From NCBI GenBank assembly GCA_964360585.1, contig CAYHXC010000003.1, positions 18,113 to 82,112 of the forward strand: a stretch of 64,000 nt of DNA. The letters run 5' to 3'. Origin of the DNA: an uncultured Candidatus Saccharibacteria bacterium (GTDB lineage: Bacteria > Patescibacteriota > Minisyncoccia > UBA6257 > 2-01-FULL-56-20). The translations under genes and the position numbers were made by a program. This document shows, one piece after another, positions 58,444-64,000 of this stretch. A model generated the notes under the pieces. That model had not been told where the DNA came from, made no database searches, and worked only from the letters and a program-made list of their open reading frames with translations. Position 1 is the stretch's first letter. Each line of letters starts with the position of its first letter.

Positions 58444-60081
58444 TTGATTCACCGTTTCCAAAAAATCTGGCTCGCCTTTAACGAGACTGAACGGCAGTAT
58501 GCAATCGGGCTCACGGCCGTCTTTTGCGTCGCCCTTATCGGCATCATTTGGATCTTCGTCCTCACGGCCACGGTTGAAACGGCTGCGCGCGGCGGCACCT
58601 TCCGCATCGGTCTTATCGGACAGCCAACAAGCTTGAATCCGCTTCTTGCGAATGGTCAGGCGGAAAAAGACCTCTCCCATCTCCTGTTCTCCCCGCTTTC
58701 CGAACTTACGGAAACCATCCAGCCCACGAAAAAATCCGATGGCTGGACCATCCGGCTCAAGGAAAATCTCATCTGGCACGACGGCGAACCAGTCACGAGC
58801 GATGACATTGTTTTCACGATCGAAGAGATCCAGGATCCGAGCACTCATTCTCCGCTCTTCCCTTTTTGGCAGGGCGTCAAAGCCGAGCGTTTGAGCGAGC
58901 GCGAAATAAAAATCACGGCGCCCGCCCGCTCCGCGCCGCTTCTCTTTGAAAACTATATTAAAAATCTTCTTTTTATTCCGAAACATATTTTCGTTTCGAT
59001 TCCACCCCAGAACTGGTCGCTCTCCGACTATAACCTGAAACCGATTGGCAACGGTCCGTATCGTTTCCAAAAACTGGTGCTCCAGAACGACGGTTTTTTG
59101 GATAGCTACACCTTCTCAAGTTTTGCCCAGGGGAGTACCGAACACGCTCCTTACATTCAAACCATCGTCGTCCGATTTTTTAAAGACAAGGAGGAAGCCG
59201 AAACTGCTTTTCGCTACGGCACAATCGACGGCTTGGGCGGTCTTGATCCCTATGAAGCGAAATCGATCAACCGTCCCTCGAATGTCGTTCTCTACGACTC
59301 GCCGGGATACTACGCCGTCTTCTTGAATCAAAGTCAGAACGAAATCCTCCACGATCGAAATATCCGCCAGGCCTTAAGCCTTGCAGTTCCTCGGAACGAA
59401 CTCTTGGGAACAGTCTTGAATAACTACGGGAAAGCAATGACTGGACCGAGTAATTCTACACATACACAAACAACATCAAGCATCTCCGATCTTCTCGCCG
59501 CTTCCGGCTGGGTCGTAAATAGCATCGGAAAACTCGAACGAACGGAGGCCGGAGAATCAGTTCAGCCAAAAACACTTGAGCTGACCGTCCCCGATCTGCC
59601 ATTTTTGGAACACACGGCCCAGATTCTCAAAACCGCCTGGGAGAAGATCGGTTTTAGCGTCACGATCAAACTGTTGCCCCAAAAAACAGTTATCGAAGAG
59701 ATCGTCCCCCGCCGCGATTACCAGATGCTTCTTTTCGGAAACATTCCCCAACCTCGCGAGGATCTCTATCCCTTCTGGCACTCCTCTCAAGTTTTTCATC
59801 CCGGCTTGAACTTGAGTCTTTATAAAAATTCTGATCTCGATAGCTTATTACAGCGAATGCGCCTCACGACCTCAACCGGAGAACGCGCGACTATTGCAAA
59901 CTCAATCAACAACACGCTCGAAAACACCCAACCCGCCATCTTCCTCTACTCGCCCTCGTACGTCTACCTCACCACGAAATCCCTTCATGGCATCGAAGCC
60001 ACCAGCACCTTCCTCTTCCCCGAAGACCGTTTCCTCGACATCGAAAATTGGTATATCCGCACCAAACGAGTGTTGAAGTAA
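58444..60081 (+). CDS. ABC peptide substrate-binding protein (family 5)
   Basis: G.P..LNP, WHDGEPVT.DD..FT, PIG.GPY, D.Y.FWHSSQ...GLNLS.Y. Confidence 0.88.
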   Translation: MIHRFQKIWLAFNETERQYAIGLTAVFCVALIGIIWIFVLTATVETAARGGTFRIGLIGQPTSLNPLLANGQAEKDLSHLLFSPLSELTETIQPTKKSDGWTIRLKENLIWHDGEPVTSDDIVFTIEEIQDPSTHSPLFPFWQGVKAERLSEREIKITAPARSAPLLFENYIKNLLFIPKHIFVSIPPQNWSLSDYNLKPIGNGPYRFQKLVLQNDGFLDSYTFSSFAQGSTEHAPYIQTIVVRFFKDKEEAETAFRYGTIDGLGGLDPYEAKSINRPSNVVLYDSPGYYAVFLNQSQNEILHDRNIRQALSLAVPRNELLGTVLNNYGKAMTGPSNSTHTQTTSSISDLLAASGWVVNSIGKLERTEAGESVQPKTLELTVPDLPFLEHTAQILKTAWEKIGFSVTIKLLPQKTVIEEIVPRRDYQMLLFGNIPQPREDLYPFWHSSQVFHPGLNLSLYKNSDLDSLLQRMRLTTSTGERATIANSINNTLENTQPAIFLYSPSYVYLTTKSLHGIEATSTFLFPEDRFLDIENWYIRTKRVLK

Positions 60082-60100
60082 TAATCTCGTATTTAAAACC

Positions 60101-60215
60101 TGTCATTGCGCCTGTCTACCGGCAGGCAGGCCTGCCCCTTTCCAACTTGAACCAGGTTGTCATTGCGAGTCCCGATCACATTTTCCTTAAAAAGGAAATC
60201 GGGACGTGGCAATCT
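60101..60215. repeat. REP-like cluster (TGTCATTGCGAG...CGTGGCAATCT)
   Basis: Two TGTCATTGCG starts; stem GTCCCGAT..ATCGGGAC; 20-nt palindromic insert CCTGTCTACCGGCAGGCAGG. Confidence 0.65.
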
Positions 60216-60233
60216 CTATTCTAGAGCCGTACC

Positions 60234-60261
60234 TTGACATTTATATATAGTGTGGTATAAT
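60234..60261 (+). promoter_or_regulatory. sigma70 promoter
   Basis: TTGACA-N16-TATAAT with TGn. Confidence 0.7.
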
Positions 60262-60310
60262 GTAACCAGCAACCCTAGGACACTCTGACAACAACACCTA
60301 TAGGAGGCGT

Positions 60311-60526
60311 ATGATCTACTTGATGGTCTATAAGAGCTCCGATGGAAAACACGGTGCTTCTCGTTTCTTTGAAGAAGAGATGCGGAAGAAGTTGCTTTCA
60401 ATGCTTGGGGCAACTGAGATTTTCACCGTCTCCGTAGAAGGTGAAAATCTCCAAGGCCTTGAATCCATGGCGAAAAAAGAAGTGGAGGAACGTGGGTTGG
60501 GACCGGTAATCAATCTCACCTGCTGA
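60311..60526 (+). CDS. small hypothetical protein
   Basis: Consensus promoter, SD AGGAGG and downstream hairpin. Confidence 0.6.
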   Translation: MIYLMVYKSSDGKHGASRFFEEEMRKKLLSMLGATEIFTVSVEGENLQGLESMAKKEVEERGLGPVINLTC

Positions 60527-60721
60527 CCAAACTTCGACAGTCACCCGAGGCAGGAGTCGGTACCCAACCCGACTCCTGTCCTTGCCCATCTTACTTTTTT
60601 ATAAAGTGGGTTGGGCTCAAATTCTGAGATTAGTACTAGTTAGTAGTTTCAGAATTTGAGTTTGTCATATAGACGTTCAATGAAAATAAAAAAGAGTGTC
60701 TCCGATAAGGTAACACTCTTA

Positions 60722-60940
60722 CTAGTGAGTAACTCTGCGAGATGAACGTCTTGGAACAGGTGGGGGCTTGGCAAATGCTATTCCGTTAATAGTGACCGAA
60801 CTATGCACCGGACATAGGTTCAAGTGTACACCTATGTTCTGTAGCTCATCTGTCGTCAGCTCTCGTCCCGACTGTTCAACTTCTTCGACCAGTTTCTGCA
60901 ACCACTCGCAAGCACGTCTTTCAGCCTCTGTTAAGGACAT
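60722..60940 (-). CDS. small hypothetical protein, zf-HC2-like pattern
   Basis: SD TAGGAG; C...EL...E....HL..C..H; downstream hairpin 60692-60720. Confidence 0.5.
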   Translation of the reverse strand: MSLTEAERRACEWLQKLVEEVEQSGRELTTDELQNIGVHLNLCPVHSSVTINGIAFAKPPPVPRRSSRRVTH

Positions 60941-61340
60941 ACGAATCTCTCTCCTATGCTTAAAATATATGAAGGGGTAGAAAAGTCAAACATTCTCTTA
61001 TTTTATAGCAAAAACTTGACTAATTCCTCATATCGGAATACTATCTCAATAACGTTTGAAATCTCCTTTTTGCTTTATGCGTCACTTCTCCCCCGCTACA
61101 GCTACCACTCATTAGGTGGTTTTTGGTTGCCGATGAGTAGGCCAACGCACGAAGAAAACGGAAACGAGATATAAAGTTCTTTTGAATAAACAATATCGCT
61201 GAGGTGGTGGAACCCGCCAGAGGCGGGCAGGCTGGCCCCCTTCCGCCCCCGCTTCGACAAGGCTTCGCCGGGCGAGCAAGGCTTCAGCGGGGCAAGCAGA
61301 CGCATCCCGCTCAGCGGGACGGCCTGAGTTCTTTATAAAA

Positions 61341-61424
61341 GCCGAGATGGTGAAATTGGCAGACACGCAGCGTTCAGGGCGCTGTACCCATAAGGGTGTG
61401 GGAGTTCAAATCTCCCTCTCGGCA
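61341..61424 (+). tRNA. tRNA-Leu(CAG)
   Basis: Acceptor stem GCCGAGA/TCTCGGC, anticodon arm CAGCG-ttCAGgg-CGCTG, long variable arm, T-loop TTCAAAT; CCA not encoded. Confidence 0.95.
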
Positions 61425-61527
61425 CAAAATCGTGAGCGTTCGTAGAGAAGCAATTAATAAAGTCTTCTGGTCGATCAGAGTTCGTCTCATGTATTTTCTA
61501 AACAAATAGTAAAAAATAAAAATTAGT

Positions 61528-63330
61528 ATGTCAGAAACAATAACAACACCGGCGCGACCGCGCATGCGACGTCCCGCTCCCCGTCTCCGCCGACCGGCGG
61601 ACGGCGGACCAAGACGAAACTACCCGCCTCGCCCGAGTGCAGCACCACAGCAAACCTCGCACCCGCCTGATGACACGGTTAAGTTCGTGCCGCTCGGCGG
61701 ATTTGAGGAGATTGGTCGCAACTGCTCGTTTTTCGAGTACAAAAATCAGATCGTGGTCATTGATGTCGGTATCCAGTTCCCGGAGGAAAATACCCCGGGC
61801 GTGGACTACATCATCCCGAACGTCAGCTATCTTGAACAAAGAAAAGCGAATGTGCAGGGCATCATCCTGACCCACGGTCACTACGATCACATTGCCGCGA
61901 TTCACTATTTGATTGAGAAACTCGGCAATCCGATCATCTACGCCTCGCCCTTCACCCGGGCGATCGTGGAGAAACGTCACGAAGATTTCCCGAACGCTCC
62001 CAAGCTTCGCTTTATTAATGTCGAGCCGGGAAAGAAAGTAAAAGTTTCCGAAGATTTCACCGCCGAGTTTTTTGAAGTGGAGCACACCATTCCGGAAGCT
62101 CTCGGATTTATTCTCGAGACACCGGTCGGAAATATGGTTAGCTTCGGCGACTTCCGTTTGGATTTCGACAAACACGGCAAACCGCGCAACATTGATATCT
62201 TCGATCGCTTGAGCGAGAAAAATATCCACACCGTTTTCATTGATTCAACCAACGCCGATATTACCGGCCGAGGCGCTTCGGAAGATACGGTTGAGGAAAA
62301 CCTGGAAGCCTTGATCAAGGGCGCCAAGGGTCGCGTCATTATCGCCGCCTTCGCTTCGCTTGTTGATCGCATCCTCGAGATCATCAAGATCGCCGACAAA
62401 CTTGGCCGTCGCGTGACCGTAAACGGCCGTTCGATGAAATCCAACTTGGAGATCGCGAAACAGCTTGGCTACTTGAAAGATACCAAGGGAATTCTCTTCC
62501 CGCTTGAGGAAATCAACAAATACAAAGACGATAAAGTCTTGCTCCTCACAACGGGCACACAAGGCGAAGCAAACGCCGGCTTAATGCGCATTGTGAATGG
62601 CGAGCATCGCGTGGTTTCTCTGAAACCAACCGATACTGTCATCTTCTCCTCGTCAGTTGTGCCGGGCAACGAACGGAGTGTCCAAACTTTAACGGACAAC
62701 ATCGCCCGACAGGTGGATCAGGTCTACAACTCCAAACTCTTGGATATTCACGTGAGCGGCCACGTTCACACCGAAGATGCCAAACTAGTTTTGGAAAAAC
62801 TGAAACCGCAGTTTATCGTCCCTATTCACGGCTACTACTTCAAGCGTAAGATGTACCAAAAAATTGCCGAGATGGCTGGCCTCAAGCGAGAAAAAGTAGT
62901 CTTGATGGACAACGGCCAGGTTCTCTCGATGAAAAAAGATGCCGTGAAGGTTCTCGACTGGACCATTCCTTGCTACTACATCATGGTTGATGGTCTGGGC
63001 GTGGGCGATGTCGAAGAAGTTGTCTTGCGTGATCGCCGAGCTCTCGCTCAGGAAGGTATGGCTGTCGTCGTTCTCACGATTGACCGTCGCCATGGAAAAC
63101 TCCTGAAGAGTCCGGACATCATCTCCCGCGGTTTCATCTTCCTCAAAGAGAATCAAACCATTCTTGAGGAGATGCGGAAGAAAGTGCGGAATCTTTTCGC
63201 CCGCATTCCGGCCAACCAGCCGCTTGATAGCGACTACGTCAAAGGCTTAGTCCGCGATCAGCTTGGTCAGTTTATCTACCAACGAACACACCGCCGCCCG
63301 ATGATCCTGCCCGTCATCATTGAGGTATAA
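61528..63330 (+). CDS. rnj: ribonuclease J
   Basis: PLGG..EIG.N, THGH.DHI, HTIP, GDF, DSTNA, HVSGH, RRPMILPVI. Confidence 0.96.
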   Translation: MSETITTPARPRMRRPAPRLRRPADGGPRRNYPPRPSAAPQQTSHPPDDTVKFVPLGGFEEIGRNCSFFEYKNQIVVIDVGIQFPEENTPGVDYIIPNVSYLEQRKANVQGIILTHGHYDHIAAIHYLIEKLGNPIIYASPFTRAIVEKRHEDFPNAPKLRFINVEPGKKVKVSEDFTAEFFEVEHTIPEALGFILETPVGNMVSFGDFRLDFDKHGKPRNIDIFDRLSEKNIHTVFIDSTNADITGRGASEDTVEENLEALIKGAKGRVIIAAFASLVDRILEIIKIADKLGRRVTVNGRSMKSNLEIAKQLGYLKDTKGILFPLEEINKYKDDKVLLLTTGTQGEANAGLMRIVNGEHRVVSLKPTDTVIFSSSVVPGNERSVQTLTDNIARQVDQVYNSKLLDIHVSGHVHTEDAKLVLEKLKPQFIVPIHGYYFKRKMYQKIAEMAGLKREKVVLMDNGQVLSMKKDAVKVLDWTIPCYYIMVDGLGVGDVEEVVLRDRRALAQEGMAVVVLTIDRRHGKLLKSPDIISRGFIFLKENQTILEEMRKKVRNLFARIPANQPLDSDYVKGLVRDQLGQFIYQRTHRRPMILPVIIEV

Positions 63331-63473
63331 AAAATCCTTCCTCAAAATTGTTTCATTTATAAACGCATATGCGTTTATAATAGCAACAATTTAAAAGGTA
63401 TAATCTTGGTCCTAACCGTTCTAATTGTTGTAGACGTTCGATCACTTCGTTTGTTGTAGTTGCCTTATTTGCT

Positions 63474-63645
63474 TGTCATTGCACCTGCCCGTCCGAAGCC
63501 TGGGCGTAGGCGGGAGTCGAGCACAACTTGACGTGGCGATCCTTACATTTTTGTCATTGCGAGCTCCAGTAGGAGCGTGGCAATCTCTCTAGAATTCTGG
63601 ATTGTACGCTTCGTCGAGCTAAACTCGACTTCGTTCGCAATGACA
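63474..63645. repeat. REP-like cluster, same family as 60101-60215
   Basis: Two direct TGTCATTGC..CGTGGCRATC units and one inverted unit ending CGCAATGACA. Confidence 0.65.
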
Positions 63646-63707
63646 AACAGAAAACCTCCTTCACCGGAGGTTTTTAGTTCATCCTCTTTTTCTTGTATAC
63701 TTATCTT

Positions 63708-63914
63708 ATGACTATCGCTTGGCGGAAAATAACTAAATACCAAAAACTAGTAATTATACTTACTTTTATTTTGCTCTTGTTAGTGGGACTGTATCTTAAG
63801 GAAAGTTATTCGATACCAATAGAGATAAGGTTCCCAAATAAGATTGTTTACACTTCGAGCGGCCAAGATCGTCCCACTATTGAAAAACTAAAAAAAACAC
63901 TGTCAATCGCTTAA
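63708..63914 (+). CDS. hypothetical small membrane protein or fragment
   Basis: Single TM segment; no family recognised. Confidence 0.3.
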   Translation: MTIAWRKITKYQKLVIILTFILLLLVGLYLKESYSIPIEIRFPNKIVYTSSGQDRPTIEKLKKTLSIA

Positions 63915-64000
63915 GGGAAGATTCAACGAATGCGGAAGTATCTGCGAAAGCGAGGATGGACTATGCCCTGCAGTTTGTGCCTTTACGTGCGAGCTTAAAT

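Overview
Gene-dense bacterial chromosome segment (code 11). Gene content and intergenic repeat style suggest a Patescibacteria/CPR (Parcubacteria-like) genome; that taxonomy is inferred, not verified. From left to right it holds a 3D-domain protein, O-antigen-ligase-like membrane proteins, groES-[four-helix-bundle gene]-groEL, a large NHL surface protein, and a TrxB/glutaredoxin pair. A ~39 kb surface-glycan cluster follows (12.6-51.9 kb: glycosyltransferases, flippase, two GDP-heptose-type enzyme sets, dTDP/GDP sugar enzymes, a TPP E1 pair, a sugar C-methyltransferase), then rny, gpmI, secG, an ABC peptide-binding protein, tRNA-Leu(CAG) and rnj. The standout is between rny and gpmI: a 352-aa IS110/Nop-fold protein with no visible nuclease domain and a CxxC-x11-CxxC insertion, followed by a 30-unit, 36-nt dual-repeat/dual-9-nt-spacer array (AGCCA-N9-AGAAACTCA-N9-AGCG) and a terminator. 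This matches a TIGR-Tas-type RNA-guided system, apparently a nuclease-less variant. A second unexplained signal is a four-copy covarying hairpin whose 3' arm buries the downstream start codon and whose 5' arm carries a small uORF. Several MITE-like and nested REP-like elements are also present.
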